Assembly: GCA_011109175.1 (NCBI GenBank)
Contig: RDEW01000005.1
Span: 1-64,000 of the forward strand
DNA from: Dicyema japonicum
Taxonomy: Eukaryota; Animalia; Dicyemida
Reading direction: 5' to 3'
Length of the DNA: 64,000 nt
Position 1 is the stretch's first letter; every line of letters begins with the position of its first letter. Shown one piece after another: positions 1 through 13,140 of the stretch. Made by a program: the position numbers and the translations under genes. The notes under the pieces were generated by a model. It was not told the DNA's origin and searched no databases. It worked only from the letters and a program-made list of their open reading frames with translations.

Positions 1-149
1 AAAAGTTATGTTTCTTTTATAAATTTTTTAATTATAAAAAATATAAAAGAGAAAGTTATTCTAAATATGCTGATATATTAATAATATAATTATTTATTTT
101 ATTATTTTTCATTTCTCGAAAAAATATAGCTCATTAAACTGCAGCATTA

Positions 150-1160
150 TAGCGATTTCTTGATGATCGAGTCTAAGGATGACCCGAATTCTATTTTTAA
201 CACTGAGCTCCTTGTGAGAGTCGAAAGACCTATTCAAGAAAATTTGAAACAAACACCGCACTCCACAAAGACTCTTTTCTCCTCTACAATCACAATTTAT
301 TGGAAGCCGCTATGAGGGAACCTAGACCGTTATAACCAAGGAAAGAAGGAGAAGTAATATCTACGCGACAATGTAGACCTATTTCAGACAAAGAGGTCCT
401 GGAAAACTATAGAAAAGCACCAGATGTACTAGGAAATGGTTTCTACTGTGAACAGAGAAAACAGAACTCACAGAGATAAGAAGGATGAGTAACGTCCTAG
501 AAAGAGAAATGGTGACAAGTAAAGAAATTCGGTTCACTTTTGAGAGATAGCAAAGATATTTTACGTAGGAAAACTCTAGCCAATGCTGCGGTATATAAAC
601 TTAAGAATCAATGGCTCAATCAAAAAGGCATCAAACGAAAATGAGAATCCTATTATACGATCATTCATAAACCCGTACTTTTATATAACGCTGGAACTTG
701 GGCGACCTCATCAGCGGATATGGAAAAACTAGACTCGTTCCACAGTCAGCTGAGAAAAATAACAGGAACTATCTGGCCTACGAGAATATCGAGAAACGCT
801 TTATATAAGAGATGCAGCACTAGACCTATCAGCTTAGAAGTACTGGAATCCCGATGGAAGCTCTTCGGACACGTGCTGAGGATGGAATTAACATCCCCAC
901 CTAACATATCTATGGAAACATACTATGTTATCCAAGAAGGCAGCTATCGTGGAAGACCAAGAACAACACTGCCAATAGTCTTACAAAAAGACCTGGTCAA
1001 TATCAAAAAATCTAATAAATGCCGACGACCTGGACAACATGAGAGCCTTGGCTAGGAACAGGGGAGCATGGAAAAGGATGACATCTAACCTTGTTTCTTT
1101 GCTGCACATGCGGGGCTATAATTAGTATGGCTCTCGTGAAGTGCTTAAATAAATAATAAA
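150..1160 (+). mobile_element. 5'-truncated, decayed RTE-type LINE (RT C-terminus and 3' tail)
   Basis: ORF 720-1055 has RTE-like C-terminal motifs (RWKLFGHVLRM, YRGRPRTT); degenerate YADD-like segment near 358-380; A-rich tail; 15-bp target-site duplication TAAACTGCAGCATTA at 135-149 and 1161-1175. Confidence 0.85.
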
Positions 1161-1639
1161 TAAACTGCAGCATTACCATTTACTAGTGTGAAAGAAACCG
1201 ATGGCTTGCAAGAACGTAAAAGCCAAAAGTTTATACTCCCATAGATCCGATAAGGTATTCTGGCGCTGTGTGAAATTAGAAGCGTGCCAAAACATGAGAA
1301 GATGTGATCCGACCAATGATTGTCGAGATACTAAAACAGAACGATAAATTAGACTCCCGGGAGGTAAACAAGCTTCATATTAAATGTAATTTTAAAATAA
1401 AATATGCAAAAAATAATATTGAAATAGTCGAATTAATTTTAATCAAATTAGAAACTCATCTGGGACACTTTAATAACGCTGAAATTTAAAGTTTGAAAAG
1501 TAACTCAGTCACTCCTTATACTTTACAAAATAAAAGAGTCTTTTTAGAATTAGTGAGGTAATTGAAATGCACTTCTGTTAGAAGGACAATGAAAAGTCCT
1601 AAAAAAGTCAACGGCCTGATGACACAGGATCTGACTGAC

Positions 1640-1788
1640 GTGTCTCAAGTCAGAAATATGGACTTTTCAGTGAAGGTAAATTCTCGTTACCAGATCCCAC
1701 CCGTGAGGTGACGAGTCCCTCTGGCACGGCACATTTGTTGAATAAGGGTGGGGGAACATTGATCTAACCACTTTATTATTATTATTAA
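1640..1788 (+). repeat. 3' end of short interspersed repeat family D with (TTA)n tail
   Basis: GTGAGGYGACGAGTCCYTCTGGCAC shared with about 2450-2474; (TTA)n at 1772-1787; left boundary approximate. Confidence 0.5.
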
Positions 1789-1879
1789 TCCCAGGCTTAT
1801 CATTGTCGAAAAATTTATGCTTTTTAGCTGTGGTGCTGGAGGAGGTTACTAAGAATCCCTTGGACTTCCAAAATAACAA

Positions 1880-2186
1880 ACATCGATGTACTCAAACGGG
1901 TGGAGACGGACATTCGCTAGAAGGAAGAATCGTAAAACACAGATTGGCGTTCTTTGTGCATGTTGTCCGCTCTGATTCACTGGAAAGAACCATTATGCTG
2001 AGCAATTTTACTGGAAAAAGAAGACCTGGCCGACCGAGGACTCAATGGCTATCCACGGTGGAAGACGTCACGGGAATGCCTATATCAAGGCTACTCCAAA
2101 TTGCAACGGATCGGGGAGAGCTGAGGAAACTCGTTCATGAGATCTCCAAGGGTCGGACACGAGTTAATTGGACAACATACATACAT
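1880..2186 (+). mobile_element. 3' fragment of a second RTE/BovB-like LINE family
   Basis: Translation RLAFFVHVVRSDSLERTIML..GKRRPGRPRTQWL; (TACA)n tail; inverted copy at about 52716-52863. Confidence 0.75.
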
Positions 2187-2229
2187 TACCATTGTAAGCC
2201 CAGCACAAACAGTCATAACTAACTAATCC

Positions 2230-2485
2230 AAGGAAGGAACCAAAGGGAGAACATCTGCTTGTGCCGACCAAATCCATCTTCCAATACGTCATTACAGGCT
2301 TCCGCTTCCGAAGAGAAATGGAGAAGTATGCCCGCCCTCCCACGTCTTACCGTCGCGAACATCACTTCATTCTTTAGCAATAGTTTTCATAATGCAATCT
2401 TCAGAGGTTTTGGTCAAGGAGAAAGGTAGGAAGATCCCTTTTAACAATTGTGAGGCGACGAGTCCTTCTGGCACAACCACTTGAT
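2230..2485. repeat. Interspersed repeat (family D body)
   Basis: 2238-2350 aligns with about 62718-62835; 2450-2474 aligns with 1703-1727. Confidence 0.55.
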
Positions 2486-2626
2486 AGATATATAAAATAA
2501 ACTTGTAACAAAAATTAATATTTTGAATATCTCCTATTTAAAATAAATTCATTAATTTTGCTAAAAATATAATATTTAAATGAAATATAGTTGCCTATCA
2601 ATAATATTATAACATAACATCTGGGA

Positions 2627-4440
2627 ATGATAAAATCAAAAAATATCTCGAATTCTGACAATTTGGAAGTCGATGAACTTAGACAGGAGGAACTCGAGAA
2701 GCTCTTAAAGCAGTACCACACATTTGAAGGTAGCAAGTCAACCTCGACGATTGCGAACAGAAAAATACTACATCGCCAAATGTAACGATTTTTATTATTT
2801 TGGTCTGAGTTGGCCCTCCTTGAAAACGAAAAACGGGAATTGCAGGCAAATTATCTGCTCACTCAGTCGACAGCCATTCAAGTGTCAGATATCAAAATAA
2901 TCGAAGAGATCAAGGCTTTACTGATAATAATGGGTACTATACTGGTAGAACTAAATATTAGAAAGGAAGGATCAGGAAATCACGGAAGAACTGGCAAAAC
3001 AGCAGCAACTCGATCAAAAGATCACGGATTTGGAGAAAAAGACAACTTTGATTTCTAAGTTAGGAATAAGTGGACCAACAACTCAGCCAGTCTCGAAAAA
3101 TAAAATACGAAATCTTGAATCGAGGATTCAAAAAATGATCAATGTAGTGTTCCGTTAACAGAAAATTAGGATTACGGAACTTTGCTTACGAAGAACCGAA
3201 ATTCACGGAAAAATCTGTCAGATTTGTGCTTTCAGCAAAAGAAATTTGAATCTCACAGAGTTAAAATCGCAGAGGCTATTTCACAGTGCCGAACTGAAAT
3301 AGCTCAGGCGATTTCATGCTCAACCTCAGCCTTGGACGCTAAGTTTTCCGATTTTTTCAACAAAAAGGGACGAATACTCCGCTAAGACAGCATATCTCAA
3401 AGAAAAATGCGAAAGGGACGAGAAACAACATTTGGCTGAGATGAAGGAGCTCACACGAATCATTGATCACGAGGAAGCAACTCAAAAAGTTCATGTCAGA
3501 CAAAACAGCGGAGCGTCATGATGATAGCCAAATGGTGGCTTGGAGACAGGAAAAGGGTCATTCATGTGCTTATAATGTTAGTTACCCGTGCGGTACAAAA
3601 GAAGATGAGTGAGAAAGACTCCTTGGCAACGTTGGAAGAGGCATTCAACAAATAATAATAAAACTAATGGAGACGACAATATCGATCAGATCATCAAGAA
3701 GTTCGACGAAAAAGAAGAGTCCAACTTTGCCCTTTTTAAGTTTGTCAACGAACAGAACAATAAACTGGACAAACTGGTAAATGAGATTGAGGAGGTTGAA
3801 CGAAAAGTAATCCTAGATAAATCAAGAAACTGATCTTTCAAGGAAGACATTCAACGACTTGGAGGGAAGGCGACAAAATGAATTGAGTGCTTTGGAGTCC
3901 CAGCTTTCGAGATTCAAGGAGGTAAACAGTTCATATCAGAGCGGAATTGAGGACATTGACGAATCAATCAACACATTCATAGAAGGTTATAGTACTAAGT
4001 TACATAGAAATTAAAAAATTGTTTGAGTCAATGGATTGCGAGAAGAAGATGCCGAAGAATTCATTCGGGAATATGATGATGTTACTAAGCTGAACGTGGT
4101 CACTTATATGCAGGCAATTGAGGAACAGTTGGATTACTTGATTATGATTAACAATTTTATTCAAATGAAGGAACATGGGGGATTGAAAAAACTGCCATTT
4201 AACTTTACTCCAAAAAAATCGATCAGACCCCGCCAAAGTCCTCCATTATTGCCATCTCCAGACTTTTTGACGGAAGGTATTGTTAATACTGATAAAAGAT
4301 GATAATATTTCCTACTACGAAATACGTCCCCTAAGCAAGAAAGAACTCCAAAATAAAATTCAAAAAAAAAATTCAGGCGAATTTCGAATGTAAATCTATT
4401 GGAAACAGAAAGGAGTTATCTAGCAAAGAAAGAAAAATAA
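2627..4440 (+). CDS. Outer dynein arm docking complex coiled-coil protein (CCDC63/CCDC114/ODAD1 family), about 8 exons
   Basis: Spliced translation includes KIRNLESRIQK, EMKELTRIIDH, FDEKEESNFALFKFVNEQN, YMQAIEEQL; tiny introns e.g. 2934-2961, 3144-3169; about three apparent frameshifts; stop at 4392 or 4440 depending on a poly-A run. Confidence 0.8.
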
Positions 4441-4599
4441 AGTTATGTTCATCTGATCAACTAAATGATGAAGTGAAACCCGTAAATGAGAGTTAAACCA
4501 CAATCATTAAACCTTCTCGTACTAAAACCTTAATTTATTAACATATAGTTGGGACAGATTTAATTGTGCTTTATTATAAAAAATGATTATAATAAATTT

Positions 4600-6870
4600 T
4601 TGTTGTGTTATTAAGATTTGGGAGTTAATAATAATTTTCTAGCGCCTCCTCACATTTTCATGTCCTCCGAATTTAGGCCAAACGAGATCTGATTCTTCCT
4701 TATTTAAAACCCAGATTTTCAATGTCTCCTGAGTCTATTAAAAAGGTTATATCCATCTGTTACGAATTAGGTACTAATAAGTCTGCCTGTTAGGCCTAGA
4801 CTCTTCATCCCGGTACCCTTTTTTCTAAGTAATCCGATGTCCCACATGATTATTGGGTATATGATCACTCCCGATGTCCCACATGATCATCGGCTTTTCT
4901 ACATAATTGTAGAGTGGTGGTGACACCAGGAACACCCCAAGCATGTCTCCCCGTAGTGCGAGTAATGATTCAGTTTTTTTGATGTCAAAATCTCAAATCC
5001 AGTTTTATCACTCAATTTCCTTAGTCTGATTCCATCATCGTTAGTACCGAGGCATCCATATTCAATGTTTTTGCCATTTAGATAACCCACTAGGATAGAC
5101 ATATCATTTCTTGTGAAAAATTCTTCAATTTCTGTGGAACACTTTCTAAGGTTTTTTGAATACATTCCATCGACGTGAATCCAACTGCCGCAGCATCTCA
5201 CCTCGATGGAAACAAATTCAAGTGTGTATTCATAATAGTTTTTGGCTCACGTATCTGTAGAACTTCACTGTAGAACAATGTGGTTTCAGTACCAGCTTCT
5301 GCACCTTCGACCCATGGAATTTCTATAGAATTGTATCCCTCTAGCATTGTGTTGTTGGTCTTTTTCACTTTGGTCTCGTTGACCACCAGGATGTCAATTT
5401 TGGTGGACGATAGTAGTAGTGCCAGGTCATGACGCCTTTTCTTTAGGGATCGGGCGTTCACCAGCACTATCTTCAAGTTTCTTTTCAATTTTCTTGTTGG
5501 TGGCCCGGACTCTCCATGGCCAGGTCCACCATATTGCGTAAATCCACTCCGAGTATGTTACTTAGTTCCTTCAGTCTTGATACTATTTCCTTTAGTTCTT
5601 TTGTAATACTCCTGATAACTTATCCTTCGGTAGCCAGGCCGACTCTCGTGGAAAAGGTGCAGCTTCGTACTTGTTAGTTCTTGGGCCAATTACCCTTTTT
5701 TGGGCTGGCAGTTCCACTTTCTTGGTTATAATATCCGTCTGTTTTGTTCCCTGTTGTCGATTCGGGAGTTTGATTTTCGTCTCGCCTTCATGAATACAGG
5801 GCATCCTTCGTATCTTGCGCCGTGTATTGTTGACCCGCAGTTAGCACATTTTCGTTCAAGAGTTGGATCCGCATCACACTTGATGGTGTCGTGTTCTCCG
5901 CGCAACGGAAGCATTTTTTCTTTTCCGTGCACTGGTATGCAAAGTGGCAGATTTGCTGACAGCTGTAGCAGATTGGTGGTCCTCTTCGTATTCATTCACA
6001 AGAAATCTTGTTCTTCCCGATGTAGAAGCCACATCGTATTAGTGATGTAGCCTCCGACTTCATATTGATCGTGGCCTTCGCCAATGGCATGGCCTGCGAT
6101 CTTCTGGTCATTCGGGTAACCTTCGTGACTGAGGGAGCCATCTCCTGAAGGTAGTCCAAGAGGTCGTCCTCCTTCACCCAGAAGGGGAGGTTCCTGAGGA
6201 CAATCTCAGACGGTTTTGTTGAGATTGTCTTGAAATGGTGATTGTCATTACCAAAGAGGCAGGTCTCATTCACAGCTTCTATAAAAGTGGCCACATGGGA
6301 GTTATCCAGGAATTCCAGTCGGAAGGAGCCCGGTCCTTTGTGGCTCATTCTCATAGATCCGTATCGGTCATAGTATTGTAAAACGTTTGCGATTTTAATC
6401 GCATTCATAATAGAATTCACTGTGATTAATATAGTCTTGTTCTCTAAATGATCAGATTTCATTAGTTCATCCGTATATTTGAACATATCCTTGGGATCGT
6501 GTTTTGTAATGACATTCACTGGTTTAACAAATTCAGCCTTATGCGGAGTCTTGTTCTCTAAAGAGAATGATTCAGCAGTAGCACTCCCCGGAGGACGAAA
6601 AGAGTTTTTCATTTTAGTAGTTTTTACTGGTTTTAATACAGGTCTCTTCGTGTTTGTTTTCTTAACCATTTATTCTGTAAACTTCACTGTAGAAACTGTA
6701 GATCTGTCTATTGTAGAACTTTATGCCGCGTAGCCGCGTAGTCTATGGTCGGAGGTCGGGAGCTGTAGATTTTATTAAAAAAATAAAAATTATTAAACAA
6801 CTAACTGATCTAATCACAAAATATACTCGAGGTTACTTTCCGTTAAAGAGATCCAACTGCCCTTGACTGA
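4600..6870 (-). mobile_element. Jockey/I/R1-like LINE: gag-like ORF1 plus APE endonuclease of ORF2, RT missing
   Basis: ORF1 6669-5592 with RRM-like LRNLP and zinc knuckle CANCGSTIHGARYEGCP; ORF2 from 5488 with VNARSL and DILVVNET APE motifs; frameshifted. Confidence 0.8.
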
Positions 6871-7214
6871 TAATCAATTTATCAAATATTCCAAATGCAT
6901 TAGATTTAAAAAAATAAGAAAAATAATAGCGGAATATATTGACTAATTATATAAATTCTAGAGACTGAAGTTTAAAGTCTTAATTTATTAACTGATCTGA
7001 CTTTCTTTGGAATTTCTTCAATTAAATACATTAGTGGCTAATCTAAACAATTCAATAAACAACAATTTACATCACTAATAAACTCAGATAATTCATAATC
7101 TATAAATATTGAATATATTTTATTTATTTAGTAAATACATTCATTTCCAAATGGAATAATCAAGCTCATCAAATCACTATTTGTTAAAATAATATTATTA
7201 TATTGACTTGTTAT

Positions 7215-7882
7215 TGGTTTATTCGACTTGTTATTGGTTTTATTTGGTTCAGTCAATATTGACGAATCAAAATGTCGAAATCAGAGTTGACACATCGATT
7301 ATGACAGAAACAAATGTCCAATTCAATAAACCTGATATTTTTGTTCATGACAAAACAAAGAAGGAAGTAACCTTAATTAAAGTGGCATTACCTCATAAGA
7401 CCGACTAAAGCAAGTTGAAGTTGAGAAACTGCACAAATATGACTTGCTTGCAAATGAATTTTCGCTGCTCTATGAATTGCCAAGTGAAGATTATTCCAGT
7501 GGTTTTGAAATGGATGGAGTTTATCTCGAGATGCTTCAAGGATCATATGGATAAAATATTTATTGAAGAATCAACGAGGACTTACATCCAATCGGTTGTT
7601 CTGAAGAGAACGCTCGAAAGTATGCTCATTGAACATAAGCATGGATGAAGGTATACGATGAAGAGTACGCCTCTGCTACCTCCCAATTTGTGGAACTAGC
7701 ATGCCGTGAGGACAGCCCACTGGATTCTAACGGAAATATTTCGACTGAATCTGATGTGGAGATGGGGAGTAACAGGAGTTTATGGCACACTCTCTTCTAA
7801 AAAGAAGCAGAGGATTACTAACAATCTGGATCAAAATCCGCTTAATTAGTTAATTTACTGTTATAAACAAATATAAAATATT
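7215..7882 (+). mobile_element. R4/NeSL-like non-LTR retrotransposon 3' fragment (restriction-like endonuclease)
   Basis: EIRVDT..NKPDIFVHDK..TLI and EKLHKYDLL RLE motifs; flanked by TATTGACTTGTTAT at 7201-7214 and 7883-7896. Confidence 0.75.
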
Positions 7883-7890
7883 TATTGACT

Positions 7891-10062
7891 TGTTATCATT
7901 GGTTTCTCTATTGAGTCATTCGTAATTCGGAAGATGAGCATTCTTATCACCACAGAAATTTTATTACACGAATAATGAATGTCATAATTAAAGTACATAA
8001 ATATGTAGAATACTTCTCGACATGTAAGAAAACGTAATTAATTTTGTTATTAATCGTCACATTGATACCATAAAAAACATTAGTTTTGTACAACCTTTAA
8101 AGGAGAAAACAAATATGTACTCTATTACAATATAGGTACTTCATGTTAAATAATGTTATTATATTGACTTGTCTTTAAAAACAAAAATAATTATATTTTC
8201 GTAATAATTATAGAAATTAATTATGGACACGGATGTATATTTTACAAATTAGAAGAAAAAAATTGAAGAATAGTCTCCCAATGATTCTGTATTTAATGAT
8301 TGATCAACAAAAATTATAATATTGTTGAATAAGAATATTGGTTTAATTTGGATAAGTTTAAATTTATTATAAATTTTATTAAAATGAAAATTCTCTGGAA
8401 AACCTAAAGCAAATAAAATAAAATTGATTTTAACAAATAAATGATCGACAAATTTAAAGAACTAAAAATCTCAGAATTAAAGCCAATAGAAAACCAATTA
8501 GGGGGACATGGGTTAGATCCTGAAAAATGCAAGAAAAAATGTAAACGGTAAAATAACTTATCAGTCTTTTTCGAGTTTCCTGGGGGTTTGATTGTCAAAA
8601 GGATTAAAAAATATCCTCGTGGATATCAGGAAGCTGATTTTTATGAAGAAATTCTAAAATCTAAGGATCCGTGTTTGAAAAAGTTAACAACATACTTTCC
8701 AAAATATTATGGAATGAGCGATAACTTTGATTTGACCGGTTATAAGAGAAATCTTAAAATTAAGACAAATTTATTTATTTGGAAAATATTTTCCTTACAT
8801 TCGAGCAATTAACGTCTGCTGATATTAAGATTGGCTTGCTTAACGCAGAAAAATACAAAATTGCCAATGAGATATATTTTCAAATCTGTGGAATGAGAGT
8901 AAATCAACTAAAATACAATTTAAAGGTTTTCCGCTCGGTGGAAGATTTTTACTGCATCGACAAGGAAAAGGGAAAGAGTCTCGTGCAGGACACGATTAGA
9001 GAAGGTCAGTCGTGAATTAAATCTTAGAATTTAAGACATTCTTTAATGAGGATTTAAAATTTGACAGCAAAAACAGAATGCGTATAATCAAGGAACTACG
9101 TGTGATATTGGAACTTTTGAACGAACAAACAGAATGGAATTTCAAGTCAAGTTCCATCATTATTGCTTACGAAAATGAAAATATTGAAAACAAACCCAAA
9201 TCTGTTGTCAAAATGATAGACTTTTCGCATTCAAGTCATGCCGATTCAAAGGATCTATTCACTACCAAAGGTCTGGAAAATCTGATTGACTATATCTCCT
9301 CCCTTTAATTCTATTCTGTTTCATTTAATTCTGTTTTTCCACTAATTTCTTAATTTATGAATTTAATTTACTAATAATAAGAATATAAGCAATTATTGGC
9401 TTAAATACTGATTCACTCTTTTATGGAAAATTAACTTTTGTTGACAATTCCCTCATTGATCTTTTCTAATTCATTACATCGTGGTAGTTCTCTTCACGGG
9501 ATTGTGAGGGCTCAAGGGAGTGCAGCCAGTCCTTATGAGTAGACTGGTGTATTTACATTGTAGTGGAATTAATTATAAATTTATTAAATTTGTAATAAAC
9601 ATAATTAATACAAACAATTGAAGTAGTTAACGTTATTCAATACATTTAAGTTATTTAAATCATAATGTTTGGCCGTTGATTCGTACCTTTATTAGTCCTA
9701 TAATTTGACTATTTCTAAATATAATTCTTAATTCAATTATTTCCTGATTTTATAAATGCAATATAATGATAAATAATTAATTCCAATTCATTAAATAAAA
9801 CACCTGAAACTATCTGTTATGGAGACAATTACTCAAATCTTTAATATATAAACAAATACATTACCCTATCTTAATAAAAAAAATCTATGATTTTTGAAAC
9901 AAAATATCCCATTTTCCTATCTGCCTCCATAATCGGAAAACTGTTCCTTTAAAATATTTCTCAATTTTTCAAACTACCGACATTGCAACATAGTATCTCC
10001 GCAAGATACTCGACTATAACTCGAAAAAAATTTCAATTCATATCCAACAAATTTTATAAATA
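7891..10062 (+). repeat. Left arm of inverted segmental duplication (partner about 26897-31872)
   Basis: Reverse complement aligns with 29986-31872 and continues, across a pogo insertion, into 26897-27193. Confidence 0.9.
8441..9308 (+). CDS. Inositol polyphosphate kinase (IPK superfamily, IPMK-like), 5 exons
   Basis: Spliced: NQLGGHG, EADFYE, FPKYYG, YLENI, DIKIG, FQICGMR, FKSSSIIIAYE, VKMIDFSH, GLENLI; introns of 24, 26, 27 and 23 nt (first 8541-8564). Confidence 0.9.
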
Positions 10063-10254
10063 CTTATAAATCACACAAGAAAACTGTTTTAGTTACGGTT
10101 GTTGAAGGTTATCCGTTCAACAAAAAAATTTCGTCCTCGTCAATAATTTATTCCCCTCTATAATAACTATAGTGTGCTATAATTAATTAGTATTTATTAT
10201 TAAAAAATTACACAAGTTCTGAATAGTTCGAGGATTTGTAGGCATTTATTAATG

Positions 10255-10460
10255 AAGTTAGTTTTATTCTTTTGTTATATTTTTGCTTTAGACTTCTAAA
10301 AAATCAATATATTTTCATAGTGAATTGAGGATGCTTGCATTTTGTGTGTTCTAATAAGCGATATGGCTTCATCGCTTCGTTTGAAAAATCCGCACCACAT
10401 AGCCAACACAGGGGATATGTGGATCCTTTGGATTTTGAATAAACCGTAAGATAAATAGTT
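10255..10460. repeat. Interspersed repeat, probably a DNA transposon fragment
   Basis: Aligns with about 51170-51372 (e.g. TGGATCCTTTGGATTTTG). Confidence 0.6.
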
Positions 10461-10590
10461 CTCTTATTTTTTTAACAGGTAATCAAAAAATTGCAGACTT
10501 CGTTATTTAAATTATGTCACAGGCGCTATGCGTTACACTAGTGGACTTAGAAAAAAATCAAAAAAATTTTTTTGATTTAATTTATCAAAT

Positions 10591-11397
10591 CCAAATTTGA
10601 TAAATTGCTTATAAAATTTTGGAAGACCTTAAAAAGAAGCAAATCAAACATCGTCTGGCTTGTTTGGTATCAGCTTCAAGTAGAGGGAGTGGAGCATGGC
10701 TTGGTGCAATACCTTGCCCAAACATCGGGACCTTTTTGGACGACGATTCTTTGAGGATTGGAATCGGACAAAGGCTGGGACTAGACGTTTGCCAGGAGCA
10801 CCGATGCCGATGCGGGAAAACAGTCGATGCGAAAGGATTGCACCCGCTGTCCTGCAGAAGAAGCGCCGGAAGGGGACCACGTCATGCTGCTCTGAATGAT
10901 GTGATCGTCAGAGCTCTGAAGGCTTCAGGCTTCCCAGCACAGCTTGAACCAGTGGGTCTTGATCGAGGAGATGGGAAGAGACCTGACGGGATGACCCTTT
11001 TCCCCTTCACGTCTGGAAGATCTTTGGTCTGGGACGCAACTTGCATAGACACGTTCTCAAGCACGAACATTTTTAAATCTGTTCAGACACCTGGAGCAGC
11101 TGCTTCGACCGCGGAAAACCTAAAAATCAAGAAATATTCTTGCCTCGGGGATCGCTACCGATTTACTCCTGTTGCGACCGAATCATCGGGAGCCGTTGGT
11201 CCAATGACGGCTGAATTCTTGCAAGAACTCGGAGGATTGCTTGCCAGAAAGAAAAGGGATCAACGAGAAGGGTTATGGCTAAGACAAAAGATTGGAATAG
11301 CCATACTCCGAGGGAACTCGTTCGCAATCCACGCAGCAGGCTTCCTCAACTGACATTTGTTTAATTGTTAAAAAAAATTTTTGTTATTAAAAAAAAA
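10591..11397 (+). mobile_element. CRE-like non-LTR retrotransposon 3' fragment (Zn finger and RLE)
   Basis: ORF 10619-11353 with SGAWL, HRCRCG..HPLSC, RHAALND, GDGKRPDG, LVWDAT, AILRGN; poly-A; TSD AATTTATCAAAT at 10579-10590 and 11398-11409. Confidence 0.85.
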
Positions 11398-11436
11398 AAT
11401 TTATCAAATTAATGTATATAATTTGACCAAACTATT

Positions 11437-13140
11437 GCAACAACAACAACGATTTATTGACAAAAGAATAAAGGAGATTTCTGGAGGGTATTACATCTGA
11501 GTCCTACCATAAGGCTTGGACTCCACACCTGGACCCTTCCTCCTTTTTTTATTATTATTAATTTTTTCGGAACGTTTCTCAGCTTTTTAATCTTTATTCT
11601 CCAGCTTTATGTATGTGTCCTGGACCTTTGATCTCCTCCTGAAACCATTGATCCGATCTTCCACAATCTTGCTAATCGGTTCCAGGAGCTTGTTTTCGTC
11701 CTCGTTTAGACAGTCTTTCAGTTTCTTGTTTAAGGAGAGCTTAATTGCAGCTCTTCTAGTCTTCTCTAGGAGGGATAAGATCTTGTCCCTCTTCGGAGAG
11801 AAGAACCACCCCTCGCACCCATAAAGTAGGCTAGGGAGAATAACTCCCTTGAAGATAAACAGGTAAGTGTCACGGCTAACGTGTAACTTCCGTGTACATA
11901 AAAGCGACTGAAAGGCTCTCTTTCTCCTTCCCTTTATATCGTCCATGTAATCTCCTGCGTGTCCATAGTCGACCCCCAGGTAGCGCAGACTGTGTGAATT
12001 GTTTACTCCCAGTGTGTATTCTTGTTTCAGGTGCTTTTTCAAACTGCTTATTCGGAGTGCGCAAGATTTTTCAGCAGAGAGCTTTAGCCCTCTCAAGTTG
12101 CACCAATGCTCAATCTGGTCACATACTCCCGGATTCTTCCTTCGGATATAGAAGATTTTAGAGATGTGTCCACCACGATTACGTCATCCGCATAAATAAG
12201 AAGACTAGTATTAATATTCCTCGGACGTGGAAAACTCGCCATAAATATATTAAACAAAATAGGGCTCAATACTGAACCTTGAGGTACTCCTCTTTTGAAT
12301 GATATTGCATCAGATATATATCCACACACCTTCACAAAAGATTGTCTTTCCTGAAGATAATTTTTTAGCCAAACAAATAGGTATCTTGGAACACATGCTG
12401 ATACAAGCTGCTTTAACAACGCTTCATGGCATACACTGTCGAATGCTTTCGAGATATCAAGACATAATAAGTTTATTTGTCTCTTGGAATCCTTTGCTTT
12501 CATGATTTCAGAATTCAGTAGAAAGTAACAGTCTGCACAGCCTCTCCCGGAACGAAAACCTTACTGCTCCGGAATCAGAAATTCGTTTTTTTTATATGTC
12601 TGCTTAGCCTTTTGAAAATGATACGTTCAATCACTTTCGCGAAAGAACATATAAAGCTAATTGGTCTGTAGCTTGCCGGATCTCTCTTTGGCTTCCTTGG
12701 TTTTGGAATTATCCTCACAACAGCTTTCTTCCATAATAATAATAAAGCCTTTTCACGAGAGCCATAGTATTTTATAGCTCCGCATAGGCAGGACACACAC
12801 TTTATTTAAGTAAAGAACAGTTAATTTTAACTAATCGTAGAACCAAGGAATGATCTTCACTTCTTTTTTTTCTTTTTCTTGTGTGAGTGTCCTTTCTAGA
12901 CAATCCAGTTCCGCAGTGAGTATTCACTAATGACGGCGTCACTCGTCAAACCATCAATATTAAAGGCAAATGGCCAAGTCGTATACACCCATCATAAAGA
13001 CATCGCAGATAGTCAAACAAAATATCCGGACCCTCTTTGATAAGTTTCATTGATATGTGGTCATATCCTGGAGCATTGACCTTGCATTCCCTGATAGCTG
13101 TCATCATTTCATAGATGCTGACAGTGTTGATACGAACTTG
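11437..13140 (-). mobile_element. Decayed LINE reverse transcriptase, interrupted by a SINE
   Basis: YRPIS, LDISKAFDSV, GVPQGSVLSP, YADD, YLGV motifs; (GTT)n tail near 11437-11452. Confidence 0.85.
12734..12949 (-). mobile_element. SINE family A, 5'-truncated
   Basis: Near-identical to 32667-32880 and, inverted, to 15664-15864; (TTA)n tail. Confidence 0.85.

Noticed and set aside
2627-4440. Alternative genetic code (TAA/TAG read-through as in ciliates)
   Set aside because: In-frame stops are removed by mini-introns or single indels, and genes end in standard TAA, TAG or TGA
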